NCBI RefSeq assembly: GCF_001194135.2
Contig: NC_068981.1
Location: 37,906,616 to 37,970,354 of the forward strand
Length of the DNA: 63,739 nucleotides
DNA from: Octopus bimaculoides
Taxonomy: Eukaryota
Reading direction: 5' to 3'
Shown: piece by piece, positions 1 to 13,842 of the stretch
Position numbering within the stretch: position 1 is the stretch's first letter
Layout: each line of letters opens with the position of its first letter
Notes under the pieces: generated by a model
What the model was told of the DNA's origin: nothing
What the model saw: the letters and a program-made list of their open reading frames with translations, nothing else
Database searches by the model: none
Program-made: the position numbers and the translations under genes

Positions 1-359
1 GTGAGTTTAGAAAAAATATGAAGAATATCAATAAGTACATTTCAAGATAGATTGGTAGATATTTGATGTGTTTATTTGCCAATTTATTTTCACATAATTT
101 ATTTATTTATTCTTCCATGTGTTTTTTTTTATTTCATTTTGGCTTTGTATAAGTTACACTAAGTATAATTCTGCTTTTTATTTGTATCTTTTGGCTATAA
201 TGTATCTTTAATCTTAAATTATCAGTCTATCTAAATAAGGTGCTCTTTTCTTTTACCTCCCTAAATAAATTATATATATATACATATGCTGGGTTGTTTA
301 TATATTTGAAAGCATACACAAACATGAATAAATGTGTGCAAGCACATAACCACCATACA

Positions 360-452
360 ACCATCCTTAACATTTGATATCTGTTTTCCTTGTTGGCATG
401 AGCTGGATGGCTTGAGAGGATCCACCAAGCTGGAGAACTGCTTCAAGTGCCA
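360..452 (-). mobile_element. Degenerate RTE LINE 3' UTR fragment
   Basis: Resembles the ...ttccatgctggcatgggttggacgg... terminus seen in the better copies at 41.6, 49.9, 59.9 and 61.7 kb. Confidence 0.4.
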
Positions 453-462
453 ATATATATAT

Positions 463-493
<31 letters not shown>

Positions 494-1395
494 AATGGAT
501 GCGTGGTGTTTAATCAAATGACAATATAAATAATATATATATTTACACATATGCATATATTGCTACAGGACGTTACCAACCATAAACAACATGAAATATG
601 AAAACAAATGAGTTCAATGTGCAAACAATGAGAAAAGCAAATGGAAAACAGGAGAAGTAACACAAAGAACGACCCTTCATCAGTTGTTGGCTATATTGTT
701 ATATAGTAGAAGTGTACAGATTTTATATATTTAAGAAAAGAAGGTAGTCAGAATTTGAGATAATTATTTATTTAGCATTTTATTTTTCTCCAGAGATTCA
801 TCAGAAATGATCACTTTACAGTAAATCTATGACTTTTATATATTTGTGAGTTAGATGAAAAGATCTGGAGTTGGGTTGGGAAGAGAATGTTCTTTGTTTT
901 TTGAATCTATATACATGTGTATTTGTATGTGTGTGGGGAAATTTTGGAGGCTTGATTAAAGGGAATAAAAGGTTAAAAAGAGAGAAGATGAAACAAAAAT
1001 GTAAGTAGGAATGAAAGAGACAGACAAAGTGGTCCTTTTATGAGATGGTTGAAATTGCATTGTATTTTTCTGTCAGATGTCATGTTACCTAGCTGAAGAA
1101 AGGGACCTTTTTCTGAGACGCCTGAAATTGATGACAGCTCAAGAGGACTATTAGCCATTGTATTTTTTGTCAGTTGTCATGGTATCCAGCTGTAGAAAAT
1201 AGACGCTATCATATTTCTTTCAGAAGGTTATTAAATGTATATGTATGTGAGTGTGTGTGTTTATGCATATGTGTGTAAGAAAGTGTGTGTGATGTGTGTT
1301 GGCTGTTTAAGAGAATTTTTCCGGTTATTTTAGTAACAGGGATGAGAAAATTTAAATAAGGATTTCTTATGTGTTCATAAATATTTTTTTCTTTT

Positions 1396-1521
1396 GTTAG
1401 GCAGAAGTTTTTTAATAAATCTTATTGCCTTCCAGTACTTTGGGTCAACCATTGGGCATTTGTAGAAGTTAAAGATCTTGAATCTGCTCTTTCCAAATAT
1501 TTTCAGATGCTCTAACCAAGC
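1396..1521 (-). pseudogene. Penelope-like element GIY-YIG endonuclease C-terminal fragment
   Basis: Minus frame reads AWLEHLKIFGKSRFKIFNFYKCPMVDPKYWKAIRFIKKLLPN, matching the EH...FKIFxFYK...FIKK..P tail also seen at 13642-13842. Confidence 0.45.
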
Positions 1522-1784
1522 CTCCAAAAACTTTACCATACACACACTCACTCACACATACACATACTCACACTCACACACATATGCACATACACTCAAA
1601 CACACACACATGTCATTCCTGATGAGTCTCTGAAATGAAATGAAAGCACTAAATAAATAATTATCCAAAATTACTGGAAAAGAAAAGAAAGAGAAGGAAT
1701 GATGACATCTTGAATATTTTATAATCATAAGTCTATATCAGCTGCACCTAAACGACAACATCTCTATTATTTTTGCTTGGATTT

Positions 1785-1993
1785 AAGGTGATGAGCTGGT
1801 AGAATCATGAGCACGTTAGACAATATGCTTAGTCCTATTTCATCCAACTCTTTACATTCTGGGTACAAATTCTGCTGTGGTTGACATTTGAGGTCTATAA
1901 AATAAATACCAGTTGAACACTGGGGTTGGGGGTCAATGAAATCAACTTATTCCCTCCCGTAAAACTGCCAGCCCCGTGCTAAAATTTGAAACT
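1785..1993 (+). mobile_element. tRNA-derived SINE family A, degenerate copy
   Basis: Head gtgatgagctggtagaatc, B-box-like gggtacaaattc, core ataaataccagttgaacactgggg, tail aaaatttgaaac. Confidence 0.75.
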
Positions 1994-2039
1994 GTTATTC
2001 ATTGGTTCTCTGTTGCATTTGGATATTTGAGAAAACTAT

Positions 2040-2330
2040 TGTTCATATTTGTCTCACCAGATATTTTCAATATCTTAGCGACTACAAATTACACTCCAAC
2101 AGTTTTCCCTGCTATTGGTTTCAATTGCTGGTACCTATTTCAGTCTACTTTCCAAGCAGTCTCCTCATTCAACAGCTTCCTGAAATAGTACTTTCAAGCC
2201 TCCTTTTCAGCGTCAGTAAGAGCTAGTGTATTGCTATCATTCTGCACACACTTCTCCCCAGCAGCATCTCGATATTCTCTCGTCTACTGCTCTACAATCC
2301 GTAATACCTCATACTTCTTATTTTCACATT
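2040..2330 (-). mobile_element. RTE-clade LINE ORF2 internal fragment (between endonuclease and RT)
   Basis: Minus frame DAAGEKCVQNDSNTLALTDAEKEA*KYYFRKLLNEETAW resembles the RTE ORF2 linker GEKCV...LAL....K.EAW..HY..LLNEE. Confidence 0.6.
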
Positions 2331-2468
2331 GTAAAATAGTCAAACCTCTCACTTTTGCTTCTACTTCTACTAAATATCCCCGACACTCCCCTTTCAGTTA
2401 TTAAGTAAATGAGTTTGAATCATATTCTTTATTTTTTCATACCTGTTCCATAATCTTGACCAAGGCTG

Positions 2469-2587
<119 letters not shown>

Positions 2588-4197
2588 TAAACTAGTGGAT
2601 CTGACAGTATCCTCTAGTTTAGTATACCCTGTAATTAGAAAATTATAAATGTTAGTGTTTTGAAATTCAAGCATGACTCCAGGAGGAATGGAAAAGAGAA
2701 TTTGAAGGAACATAAATACATACTGTACGTTTATTAGTCTGGTGTTCTGTAGTTTTTACTACTCACTACCTTATTGCCTGAACAATAAGTTTATATTAAA
2801 CAACTATATTTTCATTCTAACTGACATATCTATTTTGTTTCATTACTTTATTTTACAACAAAATGATGGTTCATTCTACATAATTCATTTTTAGTTTGGT
2901 CAGTTTTCAGCAGTAGACACTTTAGCTCTGTTTTTGAAAGTAACCTGTCATTTTGTCTCAGTTTATGAATGTTAACTAGCTCGTACACAAAATTTATTAT
3001 GAACTTCTGGTTTCAAATGTCAGAAGCAAAACATTAATTACTTTCATTTTTTTTCTCTTTTTGTCAGTAAATTTTCTTTATTGCAGGTTTTTATTATTTT
3101 TATAATAATTTTTAGTGTCTCTTTCCATATCTTTGAAAAGTTTTTGATAGCATGTGAGTCATTAACTGTTACAGTCTGCTGAAATATATGCACAATAAGT
3201 TTGATCTCCTTTCTTGAGATGACACTTTAAAAAGTGTCGCCGAAAGGATTTTTATTATTTCAGGAACATTTTATTTATGAAATTACACTTCAAGACTAAC
3301 AGTTTGTTCTCCCTCACAGAAGTAAGTTTTTCAAAAACAACACAGACACACACACACTCACACAGATACACAGACACGGACACAGACACAGACACAGACA
3401 CACACACATAAACACACACACAAGTACATTGTTATAAATAGCTAGACGTGTGCGTGTGTATGGGGAGTGGTGAAAAGTTCCTAGCTTTAAGGGTAATGCA
3501 AAAGGCCTGGTTGGAGGCCCAACCTTCCAGGTTCTTTTACAGGGTTTAGAAAAACTGATGGACTGCAGCAATAAATGTGTGAATCTGAGAAAACTGAAAG
3601 GTAACAGAATAAAATGTGATAGAGGAAAAAGAGTGATAGGAGTGGGACATGGAAAAGGTGAAATAATACAAAAGAAACAGTGAAAGCTACATGTTAGTTA
3701 CTGATAAAGAGGCTGAGTAGAAGAACAGCATGAGTCACCTGATGGGGGTGGGGGTGGTCACAATAAAGATTAGTTCTGATAAGTGAGAGCAAATGGCAGA
3801 AAGCTAGAAATGGATGATGGTAAGTGAGAGTGGTAGAAATTGATGAAGAGTGAGAGAGAAGACAGAATAAGAGAGTAAGAGAGTGGGAGAAGGAACAAGT
3901 GAGAGATAAGAGAAAGAGAATGGAAGAGAGTAAGAAGGAAAGAAAGAAAAAAAATAGATAAATAGATAGAGAGGATGCGAGAGGGAGGGAAAGAGAAGGC
4001 ATAGGGTATAGAAGACAGAGTGATCCAATGCCTCTATCATTACGCAGGCATTCTTATCAATGAAACGTAGAATGAGTGAAAGTGATACTAGAAGAAAAAT
4101 GGAACCAAAAGGTTAATGGTGAAGAGGATTGCAGACAGATCAAATGCCTTCCCCTATTCCTCAGACAACATGTTCAGTGCAAAGAAGAATGATAGAT

Positions 4198-4415
4198 AAG
4201 TGGCAAGCTGGCAGAAATGTTAGCACACCGGGTGAAATGCTTAGCGATATTTTGTCTGTCATTATGTTCTGAGTTCAAATTCTGCCAAGGTAGACTTTGC
4301 CTTTCATCCTTTCAGGGTTGATAATAATTAAGCACCAGTTGCATACTGGGGTTGATCTAATCAACTGGTCTCCATCCCCCAAAATTTCAGGCCTTGTGCC
4401 TAGAGTAGAAAAGGA
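4198..4415 (+). mobile_element. tRNA-derived SINE family A (possibly MetaSINE-type core)
   Basis: A-box tggcagaaatgtt, B-box gagttcaaattc, core ctttgcctttcatcctttcagggttgataataattaagcaccagtt, tail ccccaaaatttcaggccttgtgcctagagtagaaaagg. Confidence 0.9.
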
Positions 4416-4529
4416 GATGATAGATGAAAGGGTAATAAAGAGAGCATTAGGTGAAGACTTATTGGAATTATAATGAGTGAAAAACCCAATGATATATTAT
4501 GCATCCTGTCATTCATCCCCATCATCATT

Positions 4530-4790
4530 TCAATGGTCATTTTGCCATCCTTGCACTAGTAGATACGTCTCCACTACTGCGTGTTGCCCCTCATGATTCT
4601 TTGTCACCTTTATGAGGTTCAGAATTTTCTGATCGTTTTTTTTATTATATCTCATGTTTTTCCAAGGTCACTTTCGTCCATTAAAGCACATTGTTTGATT
4701 GACATTCTCTATACATACCCCATGTTCTTCCCAGGGCAGTTAAAATTCTTCCTTTCAATATCAACAAATTCTTCTTAGACCCAGCTTTTT
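4530..4790 (-). mobile_element. RTE LINE 3' end remnant
   Basis: Minus strand gives a decayed KLGLRRIC...PWKNM...KILNL.KVT segment and ends gtgcaaggatggcaaaatgaccattgaaatgatgatg. The same terminus occurs on plus at about 9620-9665. Confidence 0.5.
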
Positions 4791-4840
4791 TCTCTTTGCT
4801 CATTTGTGTCCCATTAGAAAGAGGGAGAGAGAGAAATAAT

Positions 4841-5056
4841 TCTTTCTACTATAGGCACAGGGCACAAAATTTTGGGGGAGGGGGTCAGTCAATTAGATTG
4901 ATCTTAGTACAAAACTGGTACTTAATTTACTGACCCTGAAAGGATGAAAGGCAAAGCCAACCTTGGCAGAATTTGAACTCAAAATGTAGCGATGGCTGAA
5001 ATACTGCAAAAGCATTTCGTCCAGTGTGCTAACGATTCTGCCAGCTCACCATCTTA
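4841..5056 (-). mobile_element. SINE family A, full copy
   Basis: Reverse complement matches 4198-4415 across head, core and tail. Confidence 0.9.
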
Positions 5057-5340
5057 GTGAGAAAGAAATAATGAGACAAATACTGCTTTTAAAAAAATAT
5101 TATTGGCATGTTTTGTCTTGTAGATTGGTTGGGAGAAAGGAATGAAATGAGAATCTGATTGAGTTGGTTTTGTTCATGAAAAATATTTGTTATATCTATG
5201 TGGTTTCCTTAGTTCTGTCAAACATTATGCCTGCATGTGCTTCAAGTTTAATCTTTGTGTAGTTAAATTTTGCTTTTACACTCTATTTGTAGAGTAAAAG
5301 GTATTTAGATGTGGTGTAATTTTAGTTTCTGGGTGGCAAG

Positions 5341-5458
5341 AATCTTTTCTACTCTAGGCACAAGGCCCGAAATTTTGGGGGAAGGGGCCATTGAATTATA
5401 TTGACTCCAGTACGCAACTGGTACTAAATTTATCGACCTCAAAAGGATGAAAGGCAAA
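5341..5458 (-). mobile_element. SINE family A, 5'-truncated copy
   Basis: Tail and core only (ttctactctaggcacaaggcccgaaatttt...aaaggatgaaaggcaaa). Confidence 0.85.
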
Positions 5459-6270
5459 TGCTTGTTGTCTCCTATTTTCATGACTCTAGTCTAACTGTGA
5501 CTTAATACCATAATTTCATTAAACTGAAGAGGAGATATAGTACTTAATATGAATTAATTTATGAAGAAAGAAGATGGTCCAATGTTTTAAACCTTCACAT
5601 TTCTCTTCTTTGCTAAAGAACCTGAGCTCAAAAGCATTAGAATCTTGTGGTAACCACATTTTCAATCTGATAACTTTTTGTGATGTAAAACTTAAACTGG
5701 TTTTCTCTAATTCTCTATCTAACTTATTTCATGTAAATTGTTTTGTTTTTGGATTCTGTTTCAGTTTCAGGTAATTTAGATAAAATTTTGTTTCTTACTT
5801 ATAACATAGAGATTTTTCTTAGTTTTTTACTGGGTTTGGACTCATTAATTTAATTTTTCTTCTAATCAGTACTGGAAAATATCCAAATTATAAGGAAAAG
5901 ATTGAACTAAATAATGTTTTATTCATTTTTGCTATCTTTAGAATTATATTACTGAGTTTAAATTCATTCAGAAAGTAACTTTTTTGAATTACCTACCTTA
6001 GGCAGTAACTGGTGTCATCCTCCATTGTTTCAAATGTCTATACAGGAACAATTACGAAAACATTCAAGCACACTAAATACATTATTTTGTTACAGATTTT
6101 TTCACTTTTTTGAAATTTCACAATAAATACCCTGGTCTCTCACACACCTTTTGTTCTATCTTTCAGATTGAAAAACTTACCTATCAATTGGTAGTGACTT
6201 CCTTGCATGGACACAGCATGAAATTAATATATATGTGTGGGTGTGTGTGTGTGTATATATATATATATAT

Positions 6271-6746
6271 NNNNNNNNNNNNNNNNNNNNNNNNNNNNNN
6301 NNNNNNNNNNNNNNNNNNNNNNNNNNNNNNNNNNNNNNNNNNNNNNNNNNNNNNNNNNNNNNNNNNNNNNNNNNNNNNNNNNNNNNNNNNNNNNNNNNNN
6401 NNNNNNNNNNNNNNNNNNNNNNNNNNNNNNNNNNNNNNNNNNNNNNNNNNNNNNNNNNNNNNNNNNNNNNNNNNNNNNNNNNNNNNNNNNNNNNNNNNNN
6501 NNNNNNNNNNNNNNNNNNNNNNNNNNNNNNNNNNNNNNNNNNNNNNNNNNNNNNNNNNNNNNNNNNNNNNNNNNNNNNNNNNNNNNNNNNNNNNNNNNNN
6601 NNNNNNNNNNNNNNNNNNNNNNNNNNNNNNNNNNNNNNNNNNNNNNNNNNNNNNNNNNNNNNNNNNNNNNNNNNNNNNNNNNNNNNNNNNNNNNNNNNNN
6701 NNNNNNNNNNNNNNNNNNNNNNNNNNNNNNNNNNNNNNNNNNNNNN
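6271..6746. other. Assembly gap (N run) inside a (TA)n tract
   Basis: N run flanked by (TA)n on both sides. Confidence 1.
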
Positions 6747-6819
<73 letters not shown>

Positions 6820-7358
6820 ATATCAAAGAAATTGTTGTATTATTTTTTCAGTAAGCACAAAGCAAGAAAACAAACTGTAAAACAAACATTTTCCATTATT
6901 CTGGCAAGATTTGAATCTCAAGTACTTGACAATTTAAAAAGCAAATATAAACACTAGACTTCCAAATCTCTATAATTTTGTGAAGAATTTAGTTAGACTA
7001 TCGCGCTGCTACATAATTTTCTCTACAATTGAGCTGCATACACAAAAACCTCAATGTTAATGTTCTATGTTCTGTTACATAATGTCTAAGTTAATAGATA
7101 TTTTCTCTGTATTCTTCTGACACCCATATTGTTCACAGTTTACCATATAGTTTTACGTACTCCCTATGTTCTTAGGTGTTTCTGCTATATTTCGATATTT
7201 TACACTCTATTGATTACCGAACCAAATTGTTCTGTTCTTATAACACATTTTGCAATAAATTTCCAAAAACCATTTCTACTGCAGTTCCTACTGAAAAGTT
7301 TTATGGCTCTAGTCTGTCTCTAAATGAAATTTTGTTGCTGCAAACTTTATGAAAGAAC

Positions 7359-7377
7359 TACTACTACTACTACTACA

Positions 7378-7408
<31 letters not shown>

Positions 7409-7821
7409 AAACCACCACCACCACCACCAATACTATTACTATTTGCAATAACAATAGCAATTATTATTGTAATAACATTTTTGCTATCATTGGTATAAGC
7501 ACTAAAACAGAATGCTACTAGTAGTAGTTAACACAATTGGTAATAGTAGTAGTAGTAGTAGTAGTGTTATTTCTGCTTATAGTTTAGTAAATATGGTTGT
7601 TTAGGTAAACATATTTACTTAATATCCAACTATTTCATAAACCGTTGTCGTCATCATCATCATCATCACCACCGTCACTCCCACCACCACCACCACCACC
7701 TCCGTTATTACCACTATCATCCTTGTTATCATCATCAACAACACCACCATCACCACCACCATCATGCTGCCATCCCCCTCCCCTCCTCCTCTTCCTCCTC
7801 ATCATCATCAGTTGCAAGCAA

Positions 7822-7854
<33 letters not shown>

Positions 7855-7870
7855 CAGCAGCAGCAGTAAT
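7359..7870. repeat. Compound trinucleotide microsatellite field (CTA, CCA, GTA, CAT, CAG)
   Basis: Direct reading. Confidence 0.9.
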
Positions 7871-8427
7871 GTTCTCAAATAATAGGGCAATATGTGTTTC
7901 CTAGCATTAACCTACAATAATTGCAATTCCATAATATAGAGAAATAATTGCTGTTTTTTTTTGTTTTTGTTTCTTTTTTATATTAATTTATATTTTCTAT
8001 TTACACTTTTGGATTGTTCTCTAATTATTCTAACAAAATTGTTTTATGTTTTCATTCTACTTCAAGTCTTATTGATTGGCATTGTTTAGTTTTCTAAGTG
8101 TTTTTATTCTGACTGTCATTGCACTAGAATAATAATTATATACCTGTTGTTTTTGTAGTTTGCTTCTCTTCTACCATCTTTTCATTCACTCGTTTCTTCT
8201 TCTGTGTATATAACAAGGTTTTGTTTACTTTGTTAATTGCAGCCCATTCTTATATCCCTAAGCCAAGCTATGACAAACTGCAGGGTGGTTGTATATATTT
8301 GTGTGTGTGTGTGTGCATGGATTATATACATACACATACACACATTTATATTAAACATAATTTTACTGTATATTCTGTCTGTATATATGTGTGTGTATAA
8401 ACATAAGTTACATTTGTGTGTGTATAA

Positions 8428-8548
<121 letters not shown>

Positions 8549-9777
8549 AAAGAATTATTCGGAAATTCTCACATTTAGAAGAAATGTGAAGTATTATTTT
8601 CTGATAGCCACAATTTCTCCACACAAATATCTTAATCAACACCAATACTTCATCCTCAAGTACTAACAGAAGTCTTCCATCATCATCATTATCATCATAT
8701 AACTAATGCTACATGTACAAATCATTAAAGTAAGTAGATATATAACAATGAATTTTAAATTCCCTAAGGTAAGTGCTTAATGAAAATCATGTCAAACATT
8801 CTATTAGTTTCGTCCAAAAATGAACTAACGCTATCAAGCAAGTTAGATGGTAATATTTTCACTGGTACTAAAGGAAGCTTTGCTCTAAAACTGTCATGGC
8901 TACATTTGGCTAATTACTATGTTTGAACAATAACTGGATAGTTAATGTGCTGGATTACCAGCTCATAATTTCAGATCTTATTCTCAAATTTCTGAGGACT
9001 ATCCAACTTATACATTGAAAAACTGCCATTGCTGTAACTAATATCATATTATGTTCCACCTGGATATATTAATAAGAGTCTTGAATTCATTGATTATTCC
9101 CTCAGTATCAACCTGGAATTTTATTGGTGAATACTTCCTGAGAATAGAATTATTATGGCTTTAAATGCTTCTATATTATTTCAATAAAATTTTCCTTATT
9201 CAATTCTCTTAGTTTCTTCAATAGTTTCCAGAAAACTGCCTTAAGAATTAAAGCATCTTTTCCTGTTTTTACCATTTTCAATGTTGTTTAGCCCCAAGGT
9301 CAGTTATTATTTAGCAACCCTGTTGTGAAATGAATTCCTGCAGTGTTTATCCTGTCTCTTTTGTAAATCTAGTTTACATTAGCTCTAATCCATTTCCATT
9401 TATATTACAATTTGATTGCTATTTCTAGCAAATAAAGTCTCCATATAAAGAATATAAAAAGTAATACCCAACATCCGAGTAATACCCATCAATCTTGAAG
9501 TTCCCTTCTGTTTGTTTTTTAGGTAGACCCCCCCCCCCCATCCATCACCAGATTGCCATGCCTGTTGTGACTTCAACATATTACTCAAGTTTACTAGCTA
9601 AAAGGACCAGAGCAACATGCTGGTGCAAGGATGGCAAATAGCTATTGAAATCATGATGGTGATGAAGGATGGGATGCATAACTTTCTAACCTGTAAGCAA
9701 AGTGCCCCAACCATAGAGTGAATATCTCTGCCAGATTTGTGAAATTTTTTTTTTTTTTGATTGTTTGATTATAACGA

Positions 9778-10010
9778 TGTTGTGTCGATGCCCCCAGGCA
9801 AAGAAGTAGGATCTCCCAAGACATATAAATAGAGGTAGTCTAGCCGTGGTAGGAGTGATGAGTAGCTGTTGAGTAGCAGTCGAGTAGCAGTTGTGTATCG
9901 GTTGAGTAGAGACCATCCAAAGGTGCTAGATAGCAGTAACATTGAGACATAACAAACGATATATTTTGTGTTGGTGTCTGAATTGTAATATTTCTCAGAA
10001 TACGATAAGA
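9778..10010 (+). mobile_element. Candidate solo LTR
   Basis: Starts TGTTG, has TATAAATA at 9824-9831, three 11-bp tandem units (9860-9892) and locally high CpG. No clear TSD or terminal CA found. Confidence 0.3.
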
Positions 10011-10929
10011 TGTTTGCTGTGAGGATGAAGGAATTTTCCTACAAAGATCTCAGCAATAAATGTCAGAACTCTCCACCCTATGGTACATCAACTTATAAAT
10101 TTTATTATAGTTCGATTGTCTGTGGATTTCTGTGTGTGTGTGTGTGTGCGTGTGCGTGTGCATGTGTATGTGTGTGTACGTTACTTTGCTGCGCCAGACC
10201 ATCATTAGTTGTTTTTACATTCAGTTTCTTTCTATATATATATTAATTTGAGCTACAAGCAGTTTAGTCTGACCTATCTTATTCTTAAAGTCCCTAAAAA
10301 ACAACATCCTGGGCAGAATCCAATTCTAAAAAGTATATAACCTTAGTAAATGTTTGCTTACCTTATTCAACCTTTTTCCCAAAATTGCTTGCTAAGTAAA
10401 TTCAACTTTGCCTTCCATCCTTCCTGAATCAATGATATAAAATAGCAGAGAAAAAATGGGATCAATTTAATCAACTGATAGAGGTATCTCGCAGGTTTCT
10501 TCAAGCAAAAGACACAAAGCAAAGCTGAGTGTCTTGAATTGATATTCTTTGTTTTATTTGCTTTTTAGGAAGTGCCAAGGGAGTAAACCTCAAAAGTTGC
10601 AGTATTCTTATGAAGATCAACCCTAAATTTTATTAACAGAAGTCATAACAATGGATAATTCCATATAAATTTTGCAAATTCTTTAAGTAATGGCATATGT
10701 GGAATGTCAGCTATTGTGCTCATTGCATACCAACTGAAGAAGTATTATTAAAAAGGTAGAATGAAATAAAAATTCTCAGTATTTTTACATAAGCACTGTT
10801 TATTAACAATGAAAAGGTAGGAAATAAATAACAAACGTTTCACTGAAGCTAATATATATTTTGGCTACTATTCAGAGGGGAAATCTGAAAACGACTATCA
10901 GACTGTGAATTTATTCATATGAAAGTTCT

Positions 10930-11330
10930 TATATCAATTTTATAAAACAATACTTTAATCTTCCACTCTCTAAGGCAAAGAGCAAGAACCCAAGCCATAA
11001 GACTTTTTCCTTCCCATAACTACAGAACTTATGAAACTCTTCTAGTAATTGTCTTACAGACGAAATATTGCTAATGCATACAAATAATAGTTTCTTCAGC
11101 TTTCAGATTTTACCTTTTAATATTCAAGATTTTTAGTTTCATTTCTGCTCATATTATCCACTTATATTATTTCTTTTTGTTTAAGTTACTTGCAAAATGG
11201 AACTGTTTTAATCTGATTTCCCAGTATAATATCATTTTCCTAAGGCTTCCCAAACTTTTAAATGCTTAGATTTTATTTTATGCCATTAATTGGATCAGAG
11301 AATATCTTCTCTATCCAATATGATGACCTA
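10930..11330 (-). mobile_element. Highly decayed L1/Tx1-like RT fragment (domains 5-7)
   Basis: Minus frame LFVCISNISSVRQLLEEFHKFCSYGKEKVLWLG resembles ...SV..LL.EF..F...SG.K.N..K...LWLG. Confidence 0.3.
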
Positions 11331-12714
11331 CCTAAGGTATCATTGTCTGATAATTTAATAGGTAAAGTTAACAGCATATGACTGAAATATATGACAAAAA
11401 AAACTAACACTAAACAGTAACTGTTTGAGATTATCAATGAAAACTAGAGATAATGTTAAAGAATCAAGACTTACTTTCAAAAAATTAATTTTCATAGCTA
11501 TGGGCATATTTTAGTTTTATTGGAACTTGTCCAAAAAGCACAATTTTAATAAGATCTACTTTGATTAGTCATTAAAGGCTTATACTTACAGAAAAAATAA
11601 AAAGAGAAACAAAGATTTTCAGCAGTAGTAATGTGCTTGGCTAAAGAATACAATGAGTTAAAGGAAATAACCTGAGGAAGCCATAATGAAGCATCTCCAG
11701 TGGATTCGAAAACAAGATTTATTTATAATGTTCAAATACTATATAAATTCAACCATTTTACCCATGAGCAATTCAAATTATATCTTAAGTAATGGCATGC
11801 AGCTGCCATTTCTGATGGAATGAAAGGTGAGATGATAATCCTAGCCTGGACTAATTTAAGCCATCTTGGGTGCTCCTTGTACTCATCAATTGGTTTCTCT
11901 TACCTGCATTTGACAAAAGGTAAGACCAATACATCTAAGAGAAACCACTGAATTCAGGCTGGTAAGAAAGTCAAAATGCTAGACTCAAAAACTACTGGGC
12001 TACCACTTTATTTGTAGAATTAATAGATAAACATTAGACGTTCAGATGAGTTTATCCAAACTTCTAGAAAAGTAGAGTTTGTTTTATGATCTTTCAGAGT
12101 GTTGATCCACCTTTTGCTCACCAAAGCAAGAGCCTAGAGTGATGTTGCCTGTTTTATCACTGACAGCCTAGCCATGAAATAGACAATACTGATTATCATT
12201 ATCATCATTACCAGTAGCAGGTCCTTTTAAAAGTAACCACTCATGAGATCATATATTACTGGAAATCGAAATAAAGCATACATCAGGGTTGTATTATTTA
12301 GCAATTCACTAATTTTTTTTCGATTAATCAATTTCAGAAATTTCTAGGCAATATTAGAATGTCTGTTTTCTCTACTACCAAATATTTTAGTCATAATCAG
12401 TCATTCTCAGCCAGTTCAGATTCTGATTCAAAATTTAGTGTAATTATTGAAGCACTGTTTCTTTTGCAGATATCATCAAGTCTGTCTGATTATCAATTCC
12501 ACATGCATGATTTAAAAATGTCTTTGTGAAAGCAAACCTTATCTCACCTAAATCTATCTTTAATATATTATTTTCTCATTTTTGATATTTAGTAAGAAAT
12601 ATTACTTACTGTAACACTACATCTATCATATAGTTATGTAATGTCTCTCTCTCTTTCTTCTCTTTCTAATTCCCCCTCTCTCTCACTCTCTGTGTGTATG
12701 TGTGTAATCATCTT

Positions 12715-13560
12715 TTTTGCAACTGGTACAACCCACTAGTAGATTGCTATTCTAGCTGTCCAAGTAGTCTGCAAGTTCATTGATATCTGTCCTCTATTAC
12801 ATATTTATGTGTACCACGGTAGACCTGTCCAGTTCTTGATGTTGAATGAGGTTTTTCCTTGCCATCTCTTTTCCCTTCTTTCAACAATGATCTGAGGCAT
12901 AGTTTTGGAAAGGGAGTCACGGCAAGATACATATCCATTTCAGGCGAAGCTTCATCACTTCACTGTGTCAATTAGCAGCTCCTTGCATATTCAGAGACCT
13001 GAAAGCTACTTTTCCTGTGTTCTGTGTACATGAAATGTTGCAGCCTTCAGAGGCACTTGCTCAAATGCCTACATTATTTGTTTCAAGCTATTTATAAATG
13101 TTCAGCTTCAGCACCTATACAGAAAGATTGAGTCCAAAAATTTGTACAGTTCAAGATTCATGAACTGATAAGAAATACAGCTTTGCTGTATGACATTCAG
13201 TTTTGCGGTGACAAATGAGATCAAGCAAAGTCTTGCCTTTATCTCTTTTATCGAACTGCTGTCCTTGCTTAAAATGAAGCTATTGAAATTTGTCCACTTG
13301 TTCAGGATTTTTCATTCAGTACAATATTTGTTGTTGCATTCAGCTTAAAGCTATTGATTAGTTTCTTACTCTTTTCTAAAATGTTTCCCATTCAGCATAC
13401 TTCTGATGCTTTTTCCAGTTTGGTGGTCAGTGCCAGGAATTCTATTTCACTACCTTCACTAAGTCAATATTGCCAACAAAATGCAACAGGTCAGTTCTGC
13501 TATAGAAATGAAAGCATGGAAAATATGGAGTGTCCCCTGCTTGATATTTTCCAGAAAGAT
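12715..13560 (-). mobile_element. RTE (BovB-like) LINE ORF2 3' portion, decayed
   Basis: Minus frame GYVSCRDSLSKTMPQIIVERREKRWQGKTSFNIKNWTGL matches GHV.R...LSKTILQG.VEG.R.RGR..K.W.DNIK.WTG. Confidence 0.65.
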
Positions 13561-13641
13561 GTTTAAAAAAGCACTAGACAGAAGAGACAACTTCAAATAA
13601 ATATGAATTACAAACTAGATAAATTGCAATTGCTACATCAC

Positions 13642-13842
13642 ACATGCTTGCAATGCAATGAGAAATATATTGGCCAAACAAGATCATAATTAATACCACA
13701 GATTTGAGTACATAGACAAATCAGAGATTAATCACTTAGAAATGTTCCATGTAGTGAACACCTAAATATTTATGCATATGGAAAATTCAAAATATTTCCT
13801 TTTGTCAAAATAAAGGTAAAAGATGAATTTATAAAATTCTAA
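13642..13842 (+). pseudogene. Penelope-like element GIY-YIG endonuclease fragment
   Basis: One frame reads TCLQCNEKYIGQTRS*LIPQI*VHRQIRD*SLRNVPCSEHLNIYAYGKFKIFPFVKIK, with the CxxC-YIGQT motif and SEH...FKIFPF tail, broken by stops. Confidence 0.7.

Noticed and set aside
1058-1200. ~45-bp segment repeated at 98-bp spacing with CTGAAGAAGG...CCTGAAA
   Set aside because: Possibly a Penelope terminal-repeat relic, but stems I and III cannot be formed, so no ribozyme call is made.
1619-1650. CTGATGAG...GAAA hammerhead-like core
   Set aside because: No convincing stem I, II or III pairing and no suitable NUH site.
6110-6957. Long ORFs of 188-256 aa
   Set aside because: They are open only because they cross the N gap and (TA)n.
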